The position numbers and the translations under genes were made by a program. Source: Phoronis australis (lineage: Eukaryota > Animalia > Phoronida). Taken from it: 64,000 bases of DNA. The stretch covers positions 1,259-65,258 of the forward strand of contig NMRA01001041.1 of NCBI GenBank assembly GCA_002633005.1. Reading direction: 5' to 3'. Below the pieces are notes generated by a model. The model was given only the letters and a program-made list of their open reading frames with translations. It was not told where the DNA came from and did not search any database. Of this stretch, positions 1 to 14,218 are shown in pieces; position 1 is the first letter of the stretch; each line of letters opens with the position of its first letter.

Positions 1-3000
1 GAAAGGTCATCCATCTGCCTGCTACGCTGAGAGGATAGACAACACCAACGGGGGGGGGGGATGTCTATAGTTCGTGCTTGACCTAGTGAAGTGATCTAGA
101 TAAACCATGAAGTTAAGGAAGTAATGGATCCGAATTTTGCATTAAAACAAGAAATTATGTGCTGAATTTGATAGTGATGGAGAGCATTTTAAAAGGTATA
201 CCATTATACCAAAAGTTTTGTTTTGGTGTAAGTGAAAATCAGTGTTTAACTGTGTTTTATTTGGGGATCAATCCAGTTATAATATCAGTATTCACCACAA
301 GGCAAACCACTGGTCTATGACTTGTTTTAACAGGTTGCCGCGATGCGACCTGTTTGAATTTGCCTCTGACCTGTTTAAATAGCACGTGACACAACCGATT
401 TTCTTGTTTTGAACAAAAACGTATTGTAATTTTTGTGTGTTCGCTATGATGTGTGCCTGCTGCACATTTTCTAAATTTCCAAACTGGTTGTAAAGCGACC
501 TGTTGGAATTTTTGAGTGTGCAGAACATTACAAACACAAAATGTTTTATTACCATTCCGTAAACTCTGGTGTGAATTATTTACTACGGATCTCCATTTTG
601 CTTGCGTGAGAGGATCGGGCACTCACATGCATTGGCGGGTTGTCGGCTGTGCTGGTAACACTTGCATTGGTGACTAGGGTCAACTCTTGCTCAAGCCTCT
701 ATGTTTCAGGTGCTGTCCGCTGTACACATCTGTAAATGTTGTTGATTGGTATCTAGGTTCACAGGTCAGGAACTGCAAGTTAACTTCATGGTCACTGGAG
801 GAGCCCTGCCCCTCCAACAACTTTGGTGTCTGTCTTTTGTCTCTCAACAACCTGTCACCTCTCAGTGCATCTAAGCACTAAATATCATTAACATGTGTAA
901 TGCTATACTCTAAAACCAGGCTGTTGAGTGGCAAACCATGACTTCAGGTTTTCATGACAATCAATTAAGTACAAGTAATTTTACGAAAAACAATTTAGAA
1001 TCAAATCAATACAGCATTCATTATAGTAAGATGTCCATAATTAAAAGAACTGCTCTCTTGTAAACGATTAGACTGATGTTGACTATTAGTAAGTTACGTA
1101 GTTGCCATGGCACATTTTCAGTCACAAAGAATTACTAGATTGATAGATGTCTTGAACAAAAATGTTGAAAAGTAATTATTTTACTATTGTCAAAATTACT
1201 CATAACACAAAGTGATGATCCAGACGATTTTGAATGGCTTTTCAATGTTTTCTTTCATTCTGTTAGGCAGTAAAATACATTTCAGAATTTCTCTTTCGAA
1301 TACAGTAACCAGATGCTGAGTTGTGCATTGGAAGAGAGTGGCGCCTCCTTTGGGATGTTCATAGGACAATGTTGTGGGTGCGAATCTGTTGTCTGTGATC
1401 TATGCTAGCACTGAATACTATTAAAATATGACCTTATTTGATGGACTGTATGATGTACTAGTTTTTTGTTTTATCAATTAAAAAGTAAGTCTGTTGAGAA
1501 TTCCCATTAGAGGGCTACGTATCACCTGTGCCCACCGTAGGTGATGTGCTACCTAGACACTGTTAGTCTGCCTCTTCTGTATCACTTATCAAACCTGCGA
1601 ACCTGATAGAATTTTCTTCTTCGTTGAGATGATGTGCATAATTCATAAAATTTACTGTTCAATAGATATCATGATTTTGGGTTTTTCTTGACACAGTTCT
1701 GGGTCATTGAAACCAGTTCAAAACAAAACAGTAAAAAAGAACATCTGAAGATGGCTGCAGACTGAGGGTGCATCTCAATTTATCAAACATCAACCAACAA
1801 CAAAGTCAACAATTCAACACTCCTTTGTATGTATTCAGATTTTGAATAGCACCAACACAGAAAACTCCAACCCAAGACTGGCTAAACTTTGACCATGGTA
1901 CAGAGGTAACAAGTTGCAATAAAAAATGTGTGAATGATTATTTATCCCAGACATTTATTTTCTTAATAGTGGTCACCAGATGGCATTGCTAAATAATTGT
2001 ATTGTCATGGTTCTAAATTGTTTTTGGTGAAATAACTTTCACATTTTGTGTTTATCTAACTTGTGGTTTGCTTGCTGTAGTGTACCATGGAGCTAATGAA
2101 AGGGACGTACTCTACTAAGTGTTACATTGCATTTACCTGTTATTGTTCTGTAGTCAAATAATGTGTGGAAAATGCTCTTATCATTGCCAAATTCAGTGTC
2201 ATGAATTTTTGGTTTTGGTCAAAAATTCATTTATTTCTTTGGGGTTTATCTAGGTCACTTAACTAGGTCAGGCAGAAACTTTGAAATTCTTTTGGTAATT
2301 CAGATATCAAACAGCTGCTCTAAAATTTTCAAAATTTTTGCAAGGATGAACCAAGAACAACACTTGGTGACTTGAATCAGGTCATTTTCCTTCAGCTATG
2401 CTGCAAAGTGATGTGGAAATGAAGTGATCTGGAAGAGGCACATTGATTGTGCAGTAAAAGATCATTTACATAATTTAAAACTGAGGGAATTCTAATTTTT
2501 GTTCGTGAGAGGTCTGGACAGCTGCTTGCCTGAAGAGTTTTGAAACGTGATGTTTTCAGCTGGTCAAAGCTTTGTTTAAAAATGACAGTTTAGCTAAAAA
2601 GCATAGTTGGTTCTAGTCTGCGGTTTTAGTGCTCCCGCACATGTGTTTATATGTGTGTGTTTTGTGTGTGTTGTGCCTGTGTGCGTAGCTGCATTATGCC
2701 ATCATCTCTTTCTGTCCAACATTTGGCTGGTATTCGCTGCTGATTCCTCAAAACCCCTGTATGGATGTTCATGAAATTTGGCAGACATTTCCCTGTTATG
2801 GATGGGACAGTATGAACGGGACTATTGTGCTCCTAAAGACAATTATAACTTTTTGCGTTTGCCTCGCTTTGGAAGTGCTTAAGAAATTTTCATGAAATGT
2901 GGCAAATAGGTTTGTGTTAGGGAGACAGTCTTGGTACACTGCTTGAAGTAGCCCTTGTTGTTTGTAGTTTGTCCAGTGGTGAATCAAAGACTGGTGACCT

Positions 3001-3701
3001 TTCTTGCTCAGTACTATTTTGTAATCACCATTGCACTTCCAATTCAAGTCCTGTTGTCTACGTGTAGATGGTAAGCATGACTGAGAAGTGTTGTCTTCTG
3101 CAGTTATCTATGCCCACTGTCTGTAGAGTTGAAACTGATTTTAACCTCAGAGAATTTTTGGGCCTGGTAATTTTTAAATGTATTTAGGTATACCTATATA
3201 TAATGGACTTAATGAGATCTATATTTGGTTGGAGAGAGGGGGCCTTGTTGAATATGCTTTAATTAGCATTACCAATTTCCTTTTAAATGATGGTGTGGGC
3301 TAATTATGACTGATGGAGTTTAGAAGCCTTAGATTTATTCAGGATGCTCTATTCTCTAGCTGATCACCTACCGCGACCCTCGCCCTCTCAAATGGTGCAT
3401 TAGATAGCTAGGGATGAATGTCCTGTACTGTAGACAGTTAGATTTATTAATATTTCTGAACTTTATCTGCCTGAATTATTTCCATGGGCTTTCTTATCCT
3501 GCTTTTAATATCGTCTCTCAAATATTACTAAAGGTCTCTGCTTTGATTTTGCAACTCATCTACAACAATCTCTTGTCGCTCTTCAAACCTGTTTTAAAGG
3601 GTTCAGACCGAGTTATATGATATCGGTTTTAAAAAAGACTGCTTTAGTATGAATAGTGCATATTTCTTCTCTGCGGGTTATAATTCATTAACATGTGCAC
3701 T

Positions 3702-4037
3702 TGTCACTGTAAATCAGTCATTCATTGGTATACTATCCATGTCACTGTAAATCAGTCATTCATTAGTATATTAACCTTGTTCACTGTAAATCAATCATTA
3801 GTATACCATCCTTGTCAATGTAAATTAGTCATTCATTAGTATATTATCCTTGTTCACTGTAAATCAGTCATTAGTATACTATCATGGTCACTGTAAATCA
3901 GTCATTCATTAGTATATTATCCTTGTTCACTGTAAATCAGTCATTAGTATACTATCCTTGTCACTGTAAATCAGCCATTCGTTAGTATACTGTCCTTGTC
4001 ACTGTAAATCAGTCATTCATTAGTATACTATCCTTGT
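3702..4037. repeat. Minisatellite, ~38-42 bp unit (GTCACTGTAAATCAGTCATTCATTAGTATACTATCCTT), ~8 copies
   Basis: Direct tandem repetition visible in the sequence. Confidence 0.95.
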
Positions 4038-5025
4038 TCTTTAAAGCTGCTTTTCACCCTCGATAGCTGGCTAAAAAAAGAAAATCGAATTGGGTCTTTC
4101 TCTCTCATATAATACTCTCATAATATTCTTTGCCGTGATAGAATTTTATTTCCGTTACATACTAAAGTCACACTAGAAGTACAGCATCAGATGATGGATT
4201 CTGTTTTGTTTCCAACAATAACATTGAAACCATCAGCAACACAAAAAACTCTTTGAAGTTTATTGGTGTTGGTGATTTCGAAAATGATGTACGTACAAAT
4301 TGCCTGTGACTTGAGTGGGTAATGGAAATTCTACTGAGGAGACATAATTCAATTTTTTTCTTTTTGCAAGATGAACACAGGGAAGTGCAGCATTTAAGTT
4401 CAATGTTTTTTTGCTCAGTGATTCTTCATTGATATCGTACAAAAAGACTGGTTACTTGCTGTATATAATGTAAACTTTACAGCGCTTTGGTCAACGAGAA
4501 GTCGCATTTGGCGATCTGGCAAAAGTCCCATGTAGTCGAAAGAAATCTGAGCTCGCCAAAACTGAAAATCTCGAGCACCTAAATCAATTCCGAGGCTTCC
4601 TATTCACCGATTTCACGAACGCGGGGCGCTGCTGTCGTGTTGATCGAAAACGAGGCGCCTCGACAAACATGGCATCGTCCTGCAAGGTGGTGTGGTCAAA
4701 AGACTTATCAACGTTACCAAAAATCAAGTTGTCTGATGTTGAATCGATCTCCAAAAACATACCAATACGCACGGCAACTAGACTTTTACCCTCCTCAGCC
4801 ATTCCTCCGTAGTTTTCCCTTTTTTGGAAAAGTGTGGAAGTCAGGGTTTTACCTAGGCTTTTAGTCTTGAAAAATACTGCTCGCCAGCTAGGCGAGTGCC
4901 GGAGCCAGAAAATCTACTCGCCCGAAGTTCAGTCACCCGGCCGTTGGCGCCAGTCACCACAAACTTGGTAATAGTTTAAATAAAAATCATCGTTTTGTGC
5001 ACTGATGTCACCATCTGTTAGAGCT

Positions 5026-6056
5026 ACCGTATTTGCCCTAATAATTAGCGCCCACAGGGGGATGCTTTTTGTAGCCTACCCACAAGGCGGCGGTTAAAAC
5101 CCGGTCTCCGCTGTGACGTATGTGTAACCTATCTCAGACTTTCTACAAAACTGTGGTGCATTGCCATCAAACTCTGTTGTTAATCTTTTTTAAAAAAATG
5201 TGCTGAAATCCCACGGCGAAAACTTGCCGACTGATGCTTCGCGATCGTCGATAGGACAACTTGAATTCTTGAGTAAAAATAGTTTCGACTCAAATTACCT
5301 CAAATCCTTAAGTTTTCCAAATAGCCTTTCCTAAGATTCTTTTAAGAACTTAAAAGTTCCTGTGGACTCGGAGTCGGGCCCACCGCAGATTAAGTCAAAA
5401 TCTGCGCTAGATCGCACCCGGCAGCGAGAAAAATCTGGACGAACACATATGTTGTTGTCACGTGACGTTTGTATTGAAGTGAGTCAACAGGTGTGCACCG
5501 AGTGAGCGAGCGCGTGCGTGTCATCAGTGTTCATTTGCCAGAGTAGCAGGCCCAATGAGCTGTATATGTAGTTATATTTATCTCATTGAGCAGGCCCACA
5601 TGTAGGCCCTAGCGCGCGCTTCTTGGCCAAGTTTCGATTTTACGTGTACAAAGCAATCTGGATTCCTGTTGTGGGAGAAAATATGTACGGGAAAGATACA
5701 ATACCAATCCCGTTGACCAGTACACTGCGTCTGTTCGAAAGGCCAGACCATATAGTGTGACACTTTCCTCGCAAGATCAGCAAATCTTGCGTTCTTTTTG
5801 AAGCACTGCGGAACGGTTTGGAGTGTACAGCCACGGCTAAATACCAGGGGCGAGGCTCGTGGTCTACTAGAAATTCCGCACACTGATTTTTCAGGACTGT
5901 CGGATATTATTGATAAATTGAATACATTACTGGAGAATTTTAGAACTGTGAGGTAAGACATTTTTCGCACAAATATATACGCTTTCATGGACTGGGCGCT
6001 TATTTTAGCGAAGTCTGGACACAAGTGGGGACGCTTATAGGAGCATGGGCGCTTAT
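5026..6056. mobile_element. Probable non-autonomous DNA transposon remnant (TA-CCGTA terminus, pogo/Tigger-like)
   Basis: Starts TACCGTATTTGCCCTAATAATTAGCGCCCA; inverted subterminal TGGGCGCTTA motifs at ~5993 and ~6046; right terminus not intact. Confidence 0.4.
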
Positions 6057-8194
6057 GTTATAAAAATAATTTTGGCTAAAATAACATTGTACATTACAAA
6101 AAGGAATCAGTTCCAAGAAATATGGTATTTCATTTGCTATGAGCACATGGACCGGTCTTCCACCTTTCTCCCCTTTTCTTCGTTTCGGACTAGTCCGCAA
6201 ATTCTTTGTGCACGACCACACACTGTGATTTTTTTGACGAATCGCGTAACGGGTGACATGTACTGAATCAGTAGGGTCGCACTGCGCCGATGTTTTTTAC
6301 TGCCGGAGCATCGACACGAGGACCAAACTGAACCATAAATTCATGATAAAAACAGCACAAGGAGGAGGAAAATTATTCGTATTCATTTGGGAAACGATAT
6401 ATAGTGGTTTTGCGCTTTGAAATTCACTCGCCACCTGGGCGACCGGCAAGTCAACTTCTACTCGCCCGGCACCATTTTTACTCGCATTGGCGACTGGGCG
6501 AGTGGCTAAGTATATCCCTGGGAAGGATACCGACGAGTTGGAATTGGTACGTTCAGGCACTGCGCAGTACACCATCAAGGCCACGTGATGACCGCTCACG
6601 AGGTTTTATCAGTGTGCCTCGTTTTCGATCAGTATTTAAAGATGGCGCGGGAAGATGGCGCTTTCGTGAAATAGGTGAATTGGGCGTAAAGGTTCATTGA
6701 CCAAAAAAGTCGAACGGCCGCAAGGTAGTAGCACCACCCATCCTCTTGCGTTCCTCCAGTTCCACCTGTAAAGACCTAAATGTAGGCGTTCCTTCATTCT
6801 CTGACTCAATTTCTCCCACCGATGAATGAACATAGTGAATTTTGCCAATCTTGCCCAATTTTTGCCAAACAATTCCGTGTTCTGTTTGTTTACTTCCTGT
6901 TGTAATTTAAACAGAGTTGCTAATCCACTGATTTCACAAGACAAATGGAACAATTGTAAATCAAAGGTTATCTAATACTTTAAAGTTTGGAAGTCAACAT
7001 GAACTTTGAAAAGAATTTAGAGGGAATTATTGTCCGACTTGATACTTGTGGTGGCAACTTCCTGGCGACTTAAAATTTTTCCCAAGTCATCAAACGCAAT
7101 CGAAAGTCGCATTGGCGAGCACTGCATTACCAAATGATGTGAGTGCTGATACGAAGCTCACAACAGAACAAACTTTTCTTAATCTAGTTATTTTTGTGGG
7201 GAAAATTGACCAACTGTGTGCTAAGGTGAAAAACCACTGTACTACTCCATGTTTATTTTGTCTAATGTCATGTGATGTTTCTTATTTTAGAATCGTCACT
7301 AATTTTATATAATCTTCGTGCCATTTTAAGTGTCACTGCGTCATTAGTTTCCATCATTCCAGCTTGGTCATTCTGTCTGTGTTGGTCTGACATATATGTC
7401 TGTTGTCACCTTTACATTCAATTTTCATTGCCTTGTGCTGTACAACTGTATTGTATTGAGGTGTACTTATTGTATTTCATTGCCTGGTGCTGTACAAATG
7501 TAATGTTATTAAGGTGTATTTATTGTATTACTAGTGATAGCATTGTGATCCTAAAGAATTCTCAACAGCTGTGAAATCCAGATTTGATGCTGCTAATCTG
7601 ATTTATTTCAGTTTACTATTCCTGCTTGACCTTGTACACTTCATGTGTCTTCATTGCCCATCTAAATCACAGGTGAACTGTAGATGGCAATGAACTCAAT
7701 TCACCTGATCACTATCTAGTGATAAAGGTTACTTCATTATATCCCCTCTAAATATTAGTAACCACAAAATGGTAGCCAAATGATTGGGAAAACTGGTGCC
7801 TACAAATCGTATTTTCTGGGGATGACACGTGTCCATGCAGTGATTTTACGTCCACAAAAAGCTCCCTGGGGGCTTTTGAAAATCAAGTTGCTGGTGCAGT
7901 ATTTTATTGTTGCTCGCTTTTTCATGAAAAGAAAATCATCTGAGACAAGCAAAACTGATGCTGGATTGCATTTTTTACTAATATTACTCCTTGGCTAATC
8001 CTGGCATTTCAAACCGTGCTTACCTTTGCTTACGTGCTTTTGCGCAGCTTTTGTGAAAGACAGCATAAGACCTTGTCTGAAATGGATGCAGGTGATACTT
8101 TGTTAGTCTGTAAGCACTGGTGTCAAAATGAGTGTAGGTACAGAGTCAGACCAGAACCAATTTCTGATAAAAAGAAATTGCCGAAATTATCTTT

Positions 8195-10136
8195 TTATGC
8201 GCCCACATATTTATATGTGGACGCATTATGCCGTCATCTCCGTCCGTCCGTACGGGCGGCGTCCGTCCGGCGTCCGCAGCTCTATCTCCAAAACCCTGTG
8301 ATATATGTTCATGAAATTTGGCACATATGTTCCATTCATGAATGGGACGGCATGTGCAAACTTTCGGACGGATCTGAATACCGGTGTGCCCCCTAGTGGC
8401 AATTTTAGTTTTTTACGCTTACCTTTGTATCTTCAAAAGTCCTGAACGGATTTTCATGAAATTTGGCACCTATTAGTGAGATGACGCTATGCTCCCGTTT
8501 TCAGATGGATTCGACATAGTTTGCGCCACCTAGTGGCCATTTTTAGTGTTTTCGTGTGTTTTTTTTGCGTCCACCCCTCTATCAACCAAACCGCTCAAAG
8601 GATGATTGTGAAAATTGGCATGTATATGCTTACTATGTAGAGGACGGTTGACGATGATTTTTCAACAATTTCGACTACTGTGGCGCCTCCTAGTGGCAGT
8701 TTTGTTTTTTTATCGCCTATGGCTGTATCTCCTAAACCGTTCGCAGGATCTTTACAAATTGTGTAAGTATATTTATATGATGTTAACAACAGAACATGAC
8801 GACTTTTGGACGGATCCGATAACCGGTGTGCCCCCTAGTGGCAATTTTAGTTTTTTACGCTTACCTTTGTATCTTCAAAAGTCCGGAACGGATTTTCATG
8901 AAATTTGGTATGTAGGCACCTATTAATGAGGTGACGCTATCCTCCCGTTTTCAGATGGATTCGACATAGTTTGCGCCATCTAGTGGCCATATTTACTGTT
9001 TTCGAGTCTGTATTTTTGCGTCCACCCCTCTATCAACCAAACCGCTCAAAGGATGATTGTGAAAATTGGCATGTATGTGCTTACTATAAAGAAGACAGCT
9101 GACAATGATTTTCAGACGATTTGGATTACTGTGGCGCCTCCTAGTGGCAGTTTTTTTTTTTTTGCGCCTATGGCTGTATCTCCTAAACCGTTCTCAGGAT
9201 CTTTACGAAATTTAATAAGTGTAATTATATGATGTTAACAACAGACAATGACGACTTTTGGACGGATCCGCCTACCAGTGTGCCCCCTAGTGGCAATTGT
9301 ATTTTTTTACGTTGACCTCTGTATCTTCACAAGTCCTTAACGGATTTTCATGAAATTTGGTATTTAGGCACCTATTAGTGCGATGACGCTATCCTCCCAT
9401 TTTCGGATGGATTCGACGTAGTTTGCGACACCCGGTGGCCATTTTTACTGTTTTTGAGTCTGTTTTTTGGCGTCCACACCTCTATCAACCAAACCGCTCT
9501 AAGTATGATTGTGAAAATTGGCATGTATGTTCTTACTATGAAGAGGACGGTTGACACTGAATTTCCCATGACTTTGATTACTGTGGCGCCTCCTAGTGGC
9601 AGTTTTGCGCCCATGGCTGTATCTCCCAAACCGTTTGCAGGATCTTTACTAAATTTAGCAAGCGTATTTATGTGATGTTGACAACGGACGATGACAACTT
9701 TAGGATGATTCTGACTACCCGTATACCTCTAGTGGCAATTTAAATATTTCACATTGACCTCTGTATTTTCATAGGTCTTCAGGTGTATACTTTGTGTTAC
9801 TTCGTGTCTATGAAGGAAAAGTTCCAAGTAGAAATTTGTTTCTGGCATTCTAATGCTGTGCTAATCTCGTATGTTGCTAAATTTGTTTTTAAATTCTATT
9901 TTTCTGTGGTGCTTTAAGCAACTGATGTATAGGATGTGCATGTATTATGAAGATCACTCACATTTTGCCCCTAGCCTATTGAGGAGTCAATGGCCATGCC
10001 TTTCCATTTTGTAAAGTACTACATACTACATATATGCCCTCTACTGGCCACTTTATGGTACCAATAAACAACCCTAGAAGGATACCCTATACGGTGCAAT
10101 TGTGGGCGCATTTCAGCGCTCTGCGTTGCTCTTGTT
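8195..10136 (+). mobile_element. Helentron-associated MITE (HINE/DINE-1/pearl-like), family A, copy 1, with internal tandem array
   Basis: 5' inverted repeat ATGCGCCCACATAT/ATATGTGGACGCAT, (CCGT)n microsatellite, ~450-bp higher-order repeats of three ~150-bp CTAGTGGC subunits, 3' subTIR TGTGGGCGCAT plus short hairpin, T-rich flanks; near-identical to 16435-17931. Confidence 0.85.
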
Positions 10137-11651
10137 CATTTTGCTAGGGAGATCCTAATATCATTTTGATTGGGTCCATTTTTTTCAAAATATTGTCTGT
10201 TTTTAGCTGTGGTACAGAACTTGAACATGGAAAAGCATTGCTACCTTATGACAAGAATGTCATGAGAAAATAAAATTTCAACTAGGCGTTACCCGTGCTT
10301 TCGGGAAATCCATGTAGATAGGGCCTACTCCTGAGAATGAAGATTAATGTTCGTCGCAACAGACGGGAATACTTCTTGAAAGGCCGTTTTCAAAGCCTCA
10401 AGCAGAATTTCAGTCACTGTCAGGTTTTAGTAAGTAAGGTGTGCGGCTGCGGGATTCTTTCCACAGCCAGTACAAATTTCTTTCCAGAACATATGCCCCT
10501 GCAGTAAATCAAAGTACAGTAATCAGATATTTAATGTGAAAACCCGAGAATGCCTTTAAATACTGTATAGTACACAAAATATATAGATGTATTTACAAAA
10601 GTTGCATCATAAATGTACATACTGACGGGTAGAAAGCCAGCTGGCTGTATGAAGACTGTCCTCAAGCCAGCTGGCTGTATGAAGACTGTCGTCAACGTAC
10701 AGCTAGGTAGCTGTGTGTAGAGCTCTGTTAAATACCGAAATTTCACTAAACACAACCCAGGTGCTCAGCCTGTCGCCTCGTCATGAAACTTAGAGTTAAC
10801 AACCTACAGGGGCGCATGCAGAATCTGAGAACGACATTCACCTTGCCCGTTACAACAATCTAATAAATGTATTTTTCGTAATTCCCCGCCTCTTGTAACA
10901 ATGGAAAATCTGTGGTCATTTAGAAAACAGTGCATACTTGTGGTGACGCGCACGTACATGTACGCGCCATTTCCAAAAAACTTGCTATCTCTCGAGAGTT
11001 TTTTCTGAAATTGGATTTTCTGATAATAAAATAATAAAAACTTGTAATGAAATGAAACCACTTGCGATTCATGTACGCAACCTCACATTTGATTGAATAA
11101 CATGAAAGTTGGTCAACAGGTAATGCAATGGAGCCAAAGAGGGCATCGAAAATTTTACAGCAGAATACTGATAACTGAAGAACGCCAATTTTCCAACACC
11201 AGCGTAAATAATTTAGTTTACTCAAAGAAGAGTAAGAATTTTTTAATAAGACATCATTAATTTTGGCGGCCACAGGCCCGATGAATTATAGGCTATACGT
11301 GACAGAAGCCGGGTGGAGTGAAATTAAGCCGACGGAGTGACGTTACCCAGGCTATTGAGCCGACGAACTGACGTCACCAAGGCCAGTACGAAACTGGCCA
11401 CCCTCCTTCTGTGTCCGCGAAAAAATGGCCCGCGAGAAAAAAATAAAACACCTCGAATCCAAATAGGTGGCCGTTGCAATACCTGGGACCAAGGTGATGC
11501 CGAAACGAGCACAACGAAGGTGTGTAGTGGAGCGGGGGAGACGGAGTTTGTGCAAACGATTCATTTTATATAATAGATTATCTGGCATATTGTGTCCTCA
11601 TCCATTGGTGAAATTTTACCGTGTCCTTTTTTGACCTTATATAACTCTTAA

Positions 11652-12634
11652 GGTGTGGCCAGACTACACACAAGTGAGCTACGCGAATTCATTGGGACAA
11701 CTGAACTTCTGTTGGAATTCCCACTCTGCGCAAGCGATGGGGGTGGACTACAGCGATGTTGCGCGAGTGAAAATTGAAATGGAACATGTTCTATTTGTTT
11801 GACATCGCCTCGTTGAACCAATTACAGTGCACAAAGTTCGATTTGACTAGGAAAATTTTGTTTATTTCCTTTGAACGAGGCGTCATGCTCATTCATTTGG
11901 TAAGACTAGTGAAGTTTCTGTACGAAAAATCACATTTTGATCATAAAGACATTTGCTTAAAGCAACAGATTTGGGAGTGGATTATTCATGAAGTTAACAG
12001 GACATGTAAAGGGCTGTCCACATACACAGACTTACCTTAGAACAAGTTACTCCTGGAACAAGTTGTTGCCAGGTTGAGTGCTGTGTGGATGCTATTTAAA
12101 CTAGTGCAACTTGCCCCATGAGTGACAAGGTACTCCACCTTATTGAGGTAGGGTAAATTGTTTAAGGTAACTCGCGCCACTTGTAATTCCTGTGTGGCCA
12201 CAAACCTGGGTCAAGGTGGAAATAATTATCAACCGTGATTACATACGGCGAGTTTTCTCTTGTGTGCCATGTTTGCTTTAGGTTTTCGTTGTCATGCTCA
12301 GAGCGACAACTTCCACCTTACCTTAGTTATCGGATACGTGTTTGTGTACGCTCCACTTAATAGTGGGGTACCTTGCACTAGTGCAAGTTGTTCTAAGGTA
12401 GGCTGTGTGGATGGCACTTAAATTAAGAATCATTGGCTTTGAACTTCATGTTTGCCTACAGAATGATTGACATGACTACGCGAATTGCAACATTTTGTTG
12501 ATGGGATACACACATCAGTGTCAAAACTCACTAATTCGTCGTCCATACATCAAATACAGCAACAGTATAGATTCATCGCTGCCATTGTTTACTTCACGCT
12601 AAAACTTTCGCGCCCAATGTAGTCTGACCAGGCC
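11652..12634. mobile_element. PIF/Harbinger-like MITE
   Basis: Imperfect TIRs GGTGTGGCCAGACTACA / TGTAGTCTGACCAGGCC with TAA/TTT(A) flanks. Confidence 0.55.
12011..12417. mobile_element. Harbinger-like MITE nested in the 11652-12634 element
   Basis: Imperfect TIRs GGGCTGTCCACA..ACTTACCTTAGAACAA / TTGTTCTAAGGTAGGCTGTGTGGATGGCAC. Confidence 0.55.
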
Positions 12635-14218
12635 TTTATCAATTTTTTGCTGAAAGGGTAAAAGGCATTGACAAAACTATTTGTTCACAACATCTAACAG
12701 ATCTCTCTTTACAAATATTGTTCTTTCTGTTTTGTGTTCACCTCTATCAATGGACTTACGTCATAAAAGTACATGTCTCAGTAGTCCTTTGAAATTGGCT
12801 AGTCATAGTTTTTGACCGAAGTAGAATTGTGTGAATACAAGAAATAAATGTTTCCACCTTGAAAGAAAATCAATATTGTGAAAACAGTGTATCACTTTCC
12901 AAGCTCAGACTGAAAGCCCTATCCACTTGTATGTGCTGAATAAACTTGGTGTTTCCAACAAGGAAATAAACTTGTGGTGACTCCTGTGCCTGACAACCTT
13001 AGTATAGAGCCAGAACCATGGGTGATTACTCAGAAATCCATGCTCATTATCGGGGGGGGGGGGGTGTACTTAAAAACTAACCCATTACTGTAGTCACAGA
13101 AAGACTTTACTTACCGTGGTGCATAATGATATGTGGGATATCATACCAATCAAAGCTCTCTCTGTGTAAAGTGGTTAAGAATGGGTTGAGTTATGACAAT
13201 TATTTGGTTAGTTTCATGTGTTTTGGGGAATCAGCTTTGTGCGTGAAACACAGATATTGTGAATTGTGTTTAAATGATGATATATTGAATGTATGTACCA
13301 TTTCCTCTGTCCTTGTGAAATGCTGAAAACCTTGGGCAATGTATATTACTGGAATCTTCGAGGGGAGATTGTAGTCCTGAACAGACGTATAGTTTATTAA
13401 GACGCAATGAAACTATAGTTTGAAATCAGGTTGCAAAATATATTTTTGAAGGGTCTTGTGCTCAAAAGAGTAATTCACCAAAGAGGGAATGTAGTCGTCT
13501 TATATTGGAACAGTATTAAGTCATTTAATTACTGTTAATTAGGTCATGTTGGCAACCGGTCGACCGCATTTCTTTAAATTTGCTCATGAGTAAATTGCCG
13601 ACGCTTGGCTACTCAGTTGATTTCACACACCAGTCAACTACAAAGTCTATATTCAGTTTATTTAGCACACACTCACGTGTAAGTTGTATAAAAAAAAAAA
13701 CTGCATTTGATGACGTATCTTATTTTAATAATTAAAGTACACGTTTGTCTCACTCATGGTTTTAATGTTTTATCTCTGCATTAGACCAGCGCCAGTAATA
13801 ATAAAAGACAACTTGGCTTACATGAACGTCTTTATTTTAGTAGAACAGCGACCGGAAAGAGAGTAACCAAATAATACGTAGATAAATAATGGCGTAGTAA
13901 GTTGAACAATTGACAGCAGAAGGACATCTTAGTAAAAATATTGATAAACTTGGTAACAGTGTTTAATTGCAGGCAAAATGGCCTGCGGATGTGCACTGCT
14001 GTGGGTATTGCCACTGCTGTGGGTATTATGGCAGAACCAGAGAGAGCGCTTTGGTATTCCTGTAATGGGTTGTTATTGCCCTCTCCCAATAGTATTTTCC
14101 AATATTACCATGACATAATGAAGTGAAACTTTGTTGCTAGGCAGCGATGATGAGAATACTTGGTAGAGAATCTTCAGCACCACTTACAGTTAATTCCAAT
14201 TATTTGGTGCAGATTTAA

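Noticed and set aside
8016-9675. ORFs within family A/B MITEs (also 15.2-18.7 kb and 38-39.5 kb)
   Set aside because: Chance frames in non-coding repeats with no domain signatures
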